Source: Guillardia theta CCMP2712 (lineage: Eukaryota > Protista > Cryptophyta). From it: a DNA stretch of 64,000 bases. Location: positions 124,001 to 188,000 of the forward strand of contig NW_005434639.1 in the NCBI RefSeq assembly GCF_000315625.1. Direction: 5' to 3'. The notes beneath the pieces were generated by a model, which saw only the letters and a program-made list of their open reading frames with translations, was not told the DNA's origin and searched no databases. Shown one piece after another: positions 39,906-53,145 of this stretch; the first letter of the stretch is position 1; every line of letters begins with the position of its first letter. A program made the position numbers and the translations under genes.

Positions 39906-40560
39906 CAATGGCAGATAAAGAACCTCAAAGAGTATAGAGCAAAGCTAGATCACACCTGAAAATATTTATTGCCCCATCCTGACGACTGCAGGGCTCAGGG
40001 GTTATTCGGCAGAAGGAGGGGTGAGGATGCCTGGTATGAGTGGGGTAGGGGTAGTAGACTGGGGGCTACACAGTGAAAGAAAGGGGGTGGTAGGGGTAGT
40101 AGATTTTTGGCGAGGGATGGCGACGAAGAAAGCGGAGAGAGCGACGAAGGGAGGGAACTAGAGGCGATGGCGTCAGAGAGCGAGCGAGAGGAGGAATGGA
40201 GCGAGAAGAGAGGAAGTAGTCGAAAACAGGCAAGATGAAGGGGAGCATGATGCAGTAACAGGGAGTTCTTTTCTTTGTTTCACAGATTGAAGAGTTTGTA
40301 TGTCCTGGTAGCAACGTTCGGTGGTTGAATCAGAAGCATGGCATGAGACCTCTAGATTGAAGGGCATATTTTGAGTCATTTACAAGATATATCTAGCTTT
40401 GAAGCATCATAACCTTTCATAATATTCAGGTCTGAGCTCATAGTTTGCCTAGGATTCTTCCACCCCATCGATGTTTTTTTTTGTTCTTTTCATTTTCCTT
40501 CAGTGATGATTGATTCTTTCCTCTTCAGAATCTATTTCTTTTCTCTGTATCGATCGAAAA

Positions 40561-43372
<2,812 letters not shown>

Positions 43373-43458
43373 TCGCCTCCAACGACATTGCATCTTCAAT
43401 AATGAACCCTCCCTCCTCTCTGGCGCTTCTTTCTCAGCTGCCGATTCTCCCTCTGGTT

Positions 43459-45054
43459 TTACAGCAGCAGAAACTCCCTGGTGTAGGAGTTCTGGTCCAT
43501 GGTCGTCTTCACCGTCACGGCCCTCCCGCTCCTCCGCAGAAACGCAGTCGCGAGCTGCATGCAACGTCAGCGAAGACGTCGATCTGGCAGTAGGTCTACC
43601 ATGACGTCATGGTCGTTGATGAGGTAGTTGTCTTGCATACTCAACCACTGCCGCCCCCACAGTGTGCATGGCGCCTGTCAGTCGCTAAGGTTTAGGAGAG
43701 GGAGACGGCGAGAGCTGAGGGGCAGAGGAAAGAGAAGCAGGAGAGAAGAGAGCAGAAGCAGAATAGGACCTGCATGCGTACGACAATTTTACGCCCGTGA
43801 CCCTCCCAGTTCTGATCAGTGGCTGGTACCTGCTGCAAGGTTAGCCAAAGTGTTATCCCTCCCTCGCTCTCCTCCTCAGACCTTGTCTTGAATCTTCTTC
43901 GCCCAGTCCTCGTAGACCCCCTTCGCCTGGATGTATTCTTGGGTGCTGGCTGCACCAGCATCCTCCACGTCGATCTTCATCGCATACCCATTGTTTTGAA
44001 AGATCTGACCAGGGATGGTCAAACAAGACAACGAGCGAGGAGTGGAAGGCCTGTCTCGGCCCGCGTGTACCTGGTAGATGCTGTTGAAAGACTTCAAGAC
44101 CTCAGAGAAAGGAGCGTTGGGGCTGCAGCACGAGGGTGAGCAAGAGGGAACGAAGACGTTCCTAGCCAACCTGGAGGGAAGCGGAGGTTTGACGTAGTTG
44201 CTGTCATCCGTGAAGTTTGCGAGCAGCCCGTCGTACATCCTGTCAACTTCGTCAGCGCAGAGTGAACGAGGGGCAAGATGATTGTACTTTTCACCCGAGC
44301 GCATGAAGAAGCGCGGGGCAAGGAGGTTATCGTCCTTGAGCATCGGGTCTCGTTGGATCACATGCTTGTCGTTCTCCACCCCGCTCGTCTCCTCGAAGAT
44401 CTGCTTCGCGCCTTGGATGGACTGCGTGATGGATGCGAACTGGGCTGAGCTGATGAAGTCGAAGTAGAGCGCGTTGGTCAGGTCTCCCTGCTTCACGTCG
44501 TTCTCCTTGATGTACTTCTCCCACTCGTCCTGGCGGAGGAGGAAGAAATCTTTCTGGAACTGATTCATCGGGAAGAAATCGAGATCATCGACAGTGTTGT
44601 AGCAGGATCGCATAAGGAGCACTGCAAACTGAAGGAAGAGGAAAGTTCTTGGGATCCTGATCGGCTTCGGCCTCTGCTCCTTTATTTTGTTCGTCTGGCC
44701 AAAGGGATTTGACAGCAACCCTCCTCCTCCTCCCCGCCCTGTTCCAGATTCCCTTCCGTATCCAAAGACTGACATCGTATCCAGGTTGATCGCGTCCGCT
44801 CTTCCTTCCCACAGCAGCAGCGGAGCAGCCGCAGCCACTACCTGCATACACCTCCTCCTCGACAGAGAGTCGATCTGCATCTTGAGCGAGCCCAGGCTCC
44901 TACGTCTCGACCCAGCAGTAGCCGTGCTAGCCATCGACAGGCGTCGCTGCTGGAGAAGGTTGGACATGGACATGCTGCTGGGGCTGAAGGCTCCTGCCAT
45001 CATGTTGAAAGTGGTAACGGTGAGCATCAGGCATATTCCGTGCACAGCTCGCAT
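43459..45054 (-). CDS. Nucleus-encoded plastid (thylakoid lumen, Tat) protein of unknown function, multi-exon
   Basis: Leader: MRAVHGICLMLTVTTFNMMAGA|F, a Ser/Arg-rich transit peptide, then SRRRCMQVVAAAAPLLLWEGRADA (RR, hydrophobic stretch, AxA). Core FAVLLMRSCYNTVDDLDFFPMNQFQKDFFLLRQDEWE...QGDLTNALYFDFISSAQF. Further exons lead to TAA at 43459-43461. Confidence 0.75.
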
Positions 45055-46208
45055 CCTTCCTGTCAGATCCTGTCGATCCTGTCGATCCTGTGAGGAGATA
45101 CCTTTGTAGCAAATGAAAGATCCTGCGAAGCTTCACATCAATGGAGTCAAACGACACAAACTGTTCAGACAAGCACTGAAATTTCAAGAAATCTTTTCAG
45201 ACGACCACTGAAATTCTAAGAAACCAGCCATCTCTCTCAATACAAATACGCACATCACAGCGAAGATGGCTCAGAACAAACTCGTGGAGAAAGGTTTGGA
45301 CCTCGTCTCGTGCGACTCTCTTCCTATCATTGACAGACGAGCAAGGAAACGGCATGAGAGGAGATCGCAAAGTGCATGGCCGCTGATCGTCAGAGCTAAG
45401 CGGCGCCTTTTATAGGCGAGCAAAGCTTACGTGGGGGAAGTTGTGCTTACATGCTTACATGCTTACACGTCATGCTGACGAGCAGATGAACAGCACTTTC
45501 ATCATTCGGCAAGATAACCTGATTGTTTGATATCTCAAGAGCAATGTTGAAGGAAACATCTATTATCCCTATTTTTTATCCATGCCGATCAATACGTCTT
45601 TTACCTGTCGATCTCCTAAACTACGTGTCCACGTTGCAGGTTATCTAATAAATCACACAAACTTATCAACAACTCATCATGCAAGAGGAGGGCAGCTCCA
45701 CTTGAAAACTAGTTTCTTCCTGCTGCTCCTGCTTCTCCTGCTGCTCCTGCTACTCCTATCTCACCATCCTTTCCCTTGTATGCCTGCGCTGACTTGACCC
45801 CGAACGACATTGAACATTTATATAAAGTTTTTGGTTTACTCAATAATCCTTTTTGATACAATTTTTCAGGTACGGGACACTTTTACAATTGTTTTTTAAA
45901 AAGGGAGGCGAGCTCGCAAAGCAATTGAGTAACTAAAATAATTTCATTATCGTACCCCTCCAATTAACGTTCATTCTAGGGGTGCGTTTACCCACCCCTA
46001 TCAACGACATAACCCTCAAAATTGATGACCCTACCCACCAAATGTCGACACCCCCTCGCATTCAAACCATTTCACCGTTTTTATTAATGTCAGAAGTATA
46101 AAATTCTCCACTTTGGTAGTCTAGTCATTCGGCAGGATACCCTCTACCCTAAAGAAATATAACCCCACCCCAGAAAACCATTTGCCTCGTTCTCCTCCTC
46201 TCAGCCTC

Positions 46209-47575
46209 ATGCTGCGGCTTGTACGAGGGACCGGTCTTCGCTTCTTCGGGCGGCACCCGAAGCATGACGTCGGGCAGCTCAACAGCTCCAAGCAGCTGCC
46301 CAGGTAGGAGCAACGGCGAGGGAACATGGCGGGCTCGATGCATGTCGAGGGCCATGTCGAACAGAGAGGATGGGTAGAGATGGAAAAGGCGGTTGAGGGA
46401 TAGAACAGAGCAAGAGGGGATTCTTGTGGTGTGGATGCAGCCTCGGGTGTGATGTAGGACACATCACTTCTAGCCCTGTCTTGTGTCTTGCTGTTGAGCC
46501 TCTTGCGCGTGCGCCCTTTGTTGAGTTGTGTGGTGGGGCTGGGTGGGTCGGAGTCAAGTGTTGGACCTGAAGATTTCCTTGATGGCAGAGTCGATGAGAT
46601 CACTGGATCCATATCAAAGTCGATAAAGAGGAAAGAATGGAAACGCCAGCCCTTCCCCCACTCGAAATTTGACAGTGAGCTTGCACTGCTGTTTGCTGAC
46701 CCTACTCATTTGATCCGTTTGGCAGGCAAGGAGGAGATTCGGCAGAAGAGAGATATCTACCTCTATCAGAGATCTCTGCCAGCCCCCGTCATAGATGCTG
46801 TAATGAATATGAGAATGGTCGGGCAGAATGTCGACTCAAGCTGTATTGCAGTATTTGCACGGAGCAGATGTTACGGTGTCAAGGGAAAACACATTCAGGC
46901 GATGGTGGATTATGGACGCGCGGGATTATGTGATGATGTGGGCACAAGATGCCGGCCGTGAGATAACTCTGTTGTTCTACAGACTTTGGGAAAACTTGCT
47001 TCCTTAGCTTGTCGACTTATCATGGGCAAACACAAGCCGATCTTTGACAGGTCTCACATGCTGCGTCGTAGTGCTTGCTAAAACAAGAGTATCTACTTGC
47101 AGATCACTTGTTCTTGGGGACTTTGTCATTGTTACGAATGCGCCTGAGATCAATGTCGCCAGAAAGTCACAGGATACAAAACTTTACCGATATCACACTG
47201 GTTGGTTGATGGCTTGCGAAGACTTTCTGAGTTTGACGTGTCGAGCAGGGTACCCCGGTGGCCTCGTCGAAACCCCATACATGAAGATGCTGAAAGAGAA
47301 ACCTGAAGAAGTCATCCGAAGGTCCTTCTGCTCTAGACGTGCCGCGCTGCTTGTCACGTTGCTGCAGAGCTATTTCTGGGATGCTTCCGAAGAACAACTT
47401 GAGGAAAGAAAGGATGAAACTGCTGAGGGTTTTCCGTACCAGCGAGCACCCACACCTTGCGGAAGAACCGACGATAGTCCGAGCAGACTTGTTCGAGGTA
47501 CTCGATCAACTTCCATCCTGTTCTCTCCCTTGCCTCGATTGCATCCTCTCTCTCTCGCGTCAGATCTTCTCATAG
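46209..47575 (+). CDS. rpl13: Organellar (probably mitochondrial) ribosomal protein uL13, multi-exon
   Basis: LGKLASLACRLIMGKHKPIFD; GDFVIVTNA; KLYRYHTG|YPGGLVE; KPEEVIR|RAISGMLPKNNLRKERMKLLRVF...HPH. Candidate start 46209 MLRLVRGTGLRFFGR resembles a mitochondrial presequence; the 5' exons are uncertain. Confidence 0.85.
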
Positions 47576-48149
47576 TGGTGCTGATTTGGCCTTCAGACAC
47601 GTTCTCCCTGGTTGGAACCGAAAGAGGCAGTACAGGTCGCAGAGTTTTGTCAGATTGATGATCTGATCCTCACTTGTATGTATAGCAAGTGGACAATGAA
47701 GGAGTCGTTATCCTTGACCATGAAGGAAATCCCATCCAGGACCTGGTTGATAATCATGGTGAGCTCAACGTGGTTGGTAGAGTGAGCGCGGGACTGATAG
47801 TTTGTATGCAGGCAACACATGGACTGAGGAGGAGGCCGAGTGGCTGCTGAGCGAAGGGACGACGATGTTCCGCGATCCTGTGACTTTCTTGCTCGCTGGT
47901 TCCTGCTAACGCGGCTGACATGTTGGCGCAGGAAATTTATGGCAAGGACGTTCCAGAGCCGAGAACGGACACATATGGTGACTATTGGAAGAAGAAGATG
48001 AAGTGAGAAGGAGCTGGAGTAAATTGAGCTCCCCTCTTTACCCTCCTCCCCTTCTATCTCTGTTTCCGTCTCCCACTCCACTCCTCCAGTAGACATAGGG
48101 AGCACATATTCATCTTCATTGATGGGTAAGTCGCTAAGTAGTGTACAGT

Positions 48150-51100
48150 CTAACGGAAGACGGAGTTGAGGTAGTAATGGATGGAATAGGCGCGCTTGAT
48201 GCTGTACAGCCGATGCATCTGAGTGTGGAGAGAGTAGAGCTGGCTGTCTTGTATCTGAATCTCCCCGATGATCTGGAGATTCCCCTCCCCTCGGTAGATC
48301 AGATGCAGCTTCAAGTCCCGGTATCCATCTTCCACCTCTGCCCAGGCAAACTTGTTCTTCACCCGGCAGAGCGTGAGGGGCCCGGAGGAGGAGGACGCCT
48401 CGAACCATTCCGCCACCTGGACCATGTGGCTCGGCCCCTGGCACACGAGGCACAGGCGGACGGGGTCGAGGATGTTACAGCAGAGGGGCCACGTGCCCTT
48501 GGGGTTAGGAGGAGCGTACTCCCTCAGTTTCTCCCTCATCCTGCTGACGGACTTGACCCGGGCAAGATGCACCTTGACGTTCCCCGGGCCCTCCCGGAAG
48601 ATGCAGCGCAGCTCGTGGACGACCGTCTCCTCCACCGGGCGGGTCTCCCGCGAGGAGGAGGAGGTTAGCGCATCCAGCCCGGTGCAGTGGCTGAGGAGAA
48701 CGTCCATAACGGCCCTGTGGAAGCCGTCGTTGAGGATGCGAGACCGTGTGTTGAGCTGAACGACGAAGATCTCTTCGTCCAGACACTCCAACGCCCCTTC
48801 CTTCACCATCTGCTCCCAATCCGTCCTCGCGTCCGACTTCTCCCGCTCCCCGTAGCGGACTGCCCCCACCTGGTAGCAGGGTCAGCAAGGGACATCACCT
48901 CTGCTGGGAGAGCATCTAGCAGGGAGCAAGGAGGGGACGAGCATCGGGAAAGGACGAGGGCGAGGCTGGGGGAACAACAACTGCAAATGTGCTCACCGTG
49001 TCCTGTCTCTCCATGCTCAGCGTCACGTGGCGATTCTGCTCCATGAAGGTCGACGAGTAATCTTGCCAGGACCTCCTGCTAAGAGACAATCGATGAGGAA
49101 GGCAAGCGGCAAGCGGGACTCAGTCACCTTCCCTCCACATCCGATTGCACTCCAGGGATGTGAGGAGCGTAGACGACGAGGACAGCGCCGTGCTCCTTGT
49201 TGACCATTTCATTGAACCTCTGCTCGCACGACTTGACAAGGTCGGCCATGAGCTGCTGGGCAAGGAGTTGGAGCCTTCGGAAGAGGGTGATGTCATCCTT
49301 CCAGAGCTTGATGTTGGTGACCTTGGTCTTGAAGAAGAGATACCTTTCCTCCTTGGACAAGTTCCTGATCTTCTCGAGCCTCATCTGCAGCAGCTTGTTC
49401 CTTTGCTCTCCTGTCATGAACCAGCCCAACACGCGCTGCATGCACGAGGAGAGGAGCGAGTCCCAGTGCGGCACGGTGGAACCAACCTGCTCCAGACGCC
49501 TCTCCAGGTCTTGAGTGTGGTTGGAGTGGAGGAGGAGAATCCTGCATTGCTCCAGAAGCCAGTCGCACAGGTTGTGGTACTGCTCCGAGTCTCCAACGTC
49601 AGCCTCGCTCCCTCTCTGCAATAGACACATGCAGAAGCTGTCGAAGAAGTGCTCGTCGAAGTCGTCTTGGAAGATCGACAGCCGCGCGGCCGCCTCCATC
49701 GACCTCTTAGCGATCACCTTCAACTGGCTCCTTGCCATCCGCATCCCCAACCGCTCCGTGCTGAGCGCATAGCCGTCCTTGAGCTGGATGTGAAGGCGCT
49801 TCCGCAGGTCGGAGATCATCTCGATCAAGTCCTTGTCTTCCTGCACCTGCAGCCGACCCTGGAACTTGCGGAAGTACATGAGGAGGAGGACGGCGAGGAG
49901 GATGAAGGGAATGAGCACGACAACGATGAAGATACTGATGTGCTCGCATTCGTTTCCCATCAGCACAAAGTTGGAGGGGCAGGTGTCGCACCCATGGGAG
50001 CTGCTCGCGCCATACATGGACGTGATTTTCTTGTTCGGACATTGAATAGCTTGCGTGGAGTTCTCGGGGCAGAAGAAGCCCACCGGGCAGATCGTAGCGT
50101 TTGCTGTTCCTCCTGGACAAAACCAGCCAGCAGGGCATGAGAGGCAGGACAGGAGCGTTGAATCCCCGTAGAAGCCTTCGGGGCATATTGAGGGGATCCA
50201 AGGGAACCATGTCTGCTCGTTGCCCTTGAGCCAGTTGCAAGCCACCTGGAACATCGCCTCCCTGGAGGGCATGCCGCTTGTCTTCAAAACATTGCTCTGC
50301 GCCATGAACTCCTGAACGTCCTGGTCGAAGAAGTCGAGTTTCGACGCCAAGAAACTGACATGCTTGTCGACGCTCGGGAGATACCTCCACATGTAGTTCC
50401 TCGGGTTCATATCCACCAGGCCTGTCGCGTACTTCCCTTGCGCCTGCTCGTAGCCGTTGGGGTCCGGCATCCTGACCCTCACCGGCACGTTGTCAGTCGC
50501 CAGCAGGTTGTCGTCCGGCTTGAACCACCCGAACACAAAGTTTCCACCCCTCACTACGTCATAGTAAACCTGGTCGAACGCGCTGGATCCATCCCGAAAC
50601 TTGACAAGAGCGACGGGGAAGTCAAGGAAGAAGCTCAACTGCAGCATCACGTGGTATTCATACTGCACCATCACCGGCACACACTGAGACGTGTTGCTCC
50701 TCCTCCTGCACGCAGGGGAGAACCACACCATGTCCCTGTAGCAGTCCAGCTGGTTATTGCCCGTGAACTTGATGTAGTCCGCCTTGTACCGCAAGTTCCC
50801 GTACGTTCCTTGATCCAAGTTCGTGCAGGTTTCGATGTTGCCGATGGGGGTTAGAGCCAGAAGCTTGTCCAAGCTATCGAAGTACTGCTCGGGGTTGTAA
50901 GACCCTGCGTTGTAATACCCGTAGAAATCGAGGAAAACCTTGTCCTTCTTGCCCCGTTCAACCGTGGACTGCCACACAAACACCTGATCGACTGTCTTGT
51001 AGTCATACACGTTGGCTAGCAGCGGGCGGTACGCGTACGGCAACCCTTGAAGAGTTGCGATGCCCATCGTCCAAGTCTCCACTGACAGGTGGATCGTCGG

Positions 51101-51607
51101 ATTCGCGTTGTTGATCTTCACACATTTCTCAATATCCACACAGCCGGCAAGATACGCCATGGAGACTCCCGTGTTGATCGCAACCCCTGAAAGCGACACC
51201 ACGGAGTAACCCATCACCTCTTCTAGAAGAATATAAATGATCTCAGCAACGATGCGAGCGGAGGACCAAGACGCGTACGGGAGGGAGACGTTGTGAGCAG
51301 AGCCATCGGGATACGCCAGAAACCTCTTCTTGACGTCTGACAAGCGCAAGCCGGCAAACCTGATGTCATCGTACTGGCCGTTGAAACAGCTGTTGGGGTG
51401 GTCCACCAGGGTTATCGCTGGCGTGCATGCGACGAGAGAACATTGCGCGATGAATATCAAAGCAATGAAAATGTGAACCAATCGATCTTGTCCAGCAAAC
51501 CTCGCTAACCCACGAGCCTGTCCAGCAAACTTCGCAACCCAAAGCATTCCTTGCTCAGATGCTATGAAGTCTTGTTGAGAACCCCCCCCAAACATACGCG
51601 CTTGCAT
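48150..51607 (-). CDS. Type-I membrane receptor: OpuAC/ProX-like binding domain + Cys-rich repeats + TM + cytosolic RelA/SpoT-like synthetase domain (~1,090 aa; exons 51607-49128, 49075-48997, 48869-48150)
   Basis: Both introns are GT-AG (52 nt, phase 2; 127 nt, phase 0) and join ORF 49124..51607 to ORF 48150..48869 in frame via RSWQDYSSTFMEQNRHVTLSMERQDT. Ectodomain WSSARIVAEIIYILLEEVMGYSV...VACNWLKGNEQTWFPWI; CPAGWFCPGG/CPVGFFCP repeats; TM ISIFIVVVLIPFILLAVLLLMYF followed by RK; synthetase motifs ARVKSVSRMREK, ILDPVR, RVKNKF, DGYRDLKL, IIGEIQI. Confidence 0.85.
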
Positions 51608-52431
51608 ACTTATTTACGGTGTAAAGATGCTTGAGGCCTATGGTGTTGAAGCATGTCCTTTTGATATGACGGAATATCAAGAGGAATACATTCACATCCT
51701 GCAAGTACAAGCGTATGTCGTTGCTCGGTGGTTCTAACAATCCTGCCGTCCGTGCTCTTGAAATCTGGAGCACCCACGAGTCACATTAACCTATCCCCCT
51801 CTCCTTGCTGTGATCTACCAGATATCCTCCTTCATCCTCCTACTTCCGTCAATCGATCGAGCTCCACCCCTGCTGCTCCTCGCTCCTGTGCTAGGTATAC
51901 CGCCGTATCGCCCTCCCCGACATTCGGGGGAATATCGCTGAGTGAAAAATGGGCCCTTTTATATGTTTATTGACTTTTATACTTGCTATGGAATTAAAAT
52001 ACTTATAAAGCTCATGTTCACTTCTTTTGACTTATATAATATACTTATATATATTATAAACACTTAATTCATATATAAAATGTATGAAAATTTTAGATCA
52101 TCAAAATCTCTGTACCAGGAGCTCATCGGAATCTGTACTATGATACTGGTAATATATGGTAATAACGAAAAAAGAAAATATTTCCCATACCCACGCATTT
52201 TCCTGATTTATTTACCACTTTCGACACGGTGGGATATCTTTTTTTACTCGAAATTATACATCAATCAAAATTGAGTAAACATTGCTGCATTAACCGTTCA
52301 CCGATATATATATGCGTGCCGCCACTCTCCCTGCCAGCAGTATGCTGAACCGTTTTCCTCTGCCCCCTCCACCCCTCCACCCCTCCCCCCTCTCCTGTTC
52401 CTGTTCCTGCTCCTCTCCCTTCGTTAGCATG

Positions 52432-52490
52432 CTCCTCCTGCTCCTCCTGCTCCTCCTGCTCCTCCTGCTCCTCCTGCTCCTCCTGCTCCT
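52432..52490. repeat. (CTCCTCCTG)6 tandem repeat
   Basis: Six perfect 9-mers from 52432 plus a partial copy. Confidence 0.95.
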
Positions 52491-53145
52491 ATGCTTCGTC
52501 CTTCTCGAGCCCTGCTTCTTCGCTCCAACGCCATGCTTCATCCTTATCTCCCAACTCCTCCTGATCTCAGTGCTTCAAGCCGATTCTTACCATCGCCCAT
52601 CATCAACTATCGTTTCTCATCTTCTTCTCTTCAACTCTGTTCTTCCGCATATTTCATTCCCAACGCGTCGATCGGCTCCCCATGCCATTTCCACATCTAC
52701 GTACTCTTGTCCTTCTGGAAAGCACACCGATACATTCTAAACTTATACTCATCTTTCTTGGCCTCAAATTTCCACCTTTGCTGCCTGCTCTTGTGCTCCC
52801 AGACTCTAGTCTTTCAGCTGTACGCCAGCTTCCATATCCTCGTTCCCTCTCGCTGCGCCATGTCAGACTCTTCTTTCATCTATTCGTTCTGTGGCATTGG
52901 TGCGATGAAATATTCCTCTGCTATCCTCTCTTCTTCAAGAAATTCTTTCACTCCAAGTTGTTCTTGTTGTACCAAAACTTCCTTCTCATCGTCATCCAAC
53001 AGTAGTTCTGTGTTGACTTTTGATGCAATGTTTCGAAATCGCTTTGCTGAAATACCAGTTCCAGGTTGACGAGATGGAATACCTAAAGAAATGAGCTCAA
53101 GGGTTTGAAAACAAACAGAACTTCATAAGCTTGCGCGTTGGGGAG

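Noticed and set aside
45056-45470. Short tandem motifs (gatcctgtc x~3, tgcttaca x3) upstream of the plastid-protein gene
   Set aside because: Too short and too few copies to distinguish from slippage; no evidence of function.
47650-48453. 267-aa minus-strand ORF overlapping the end of the receptor gene
   Set aside because: Out of frame with the RelA/SpoT-like exon, patchy low-complexity composition, no motifs.
51950-52300. AT-rich island as possible foreign or organellar DNA
   Set aside because: No gene, RNA or repeat signature; similar AT-rich spacers occur at ~38.3-38.7 kb and ~45.8-45.95 kb.
52500-53083. Acidic minus-strand frame (GIPSRQPG...PMPQNE*) with further in-frame stops, as a possible pseudogene
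   Set aside because: No recognisable homologue or upstream exon, and purine-rich composition alone can produce such translations.
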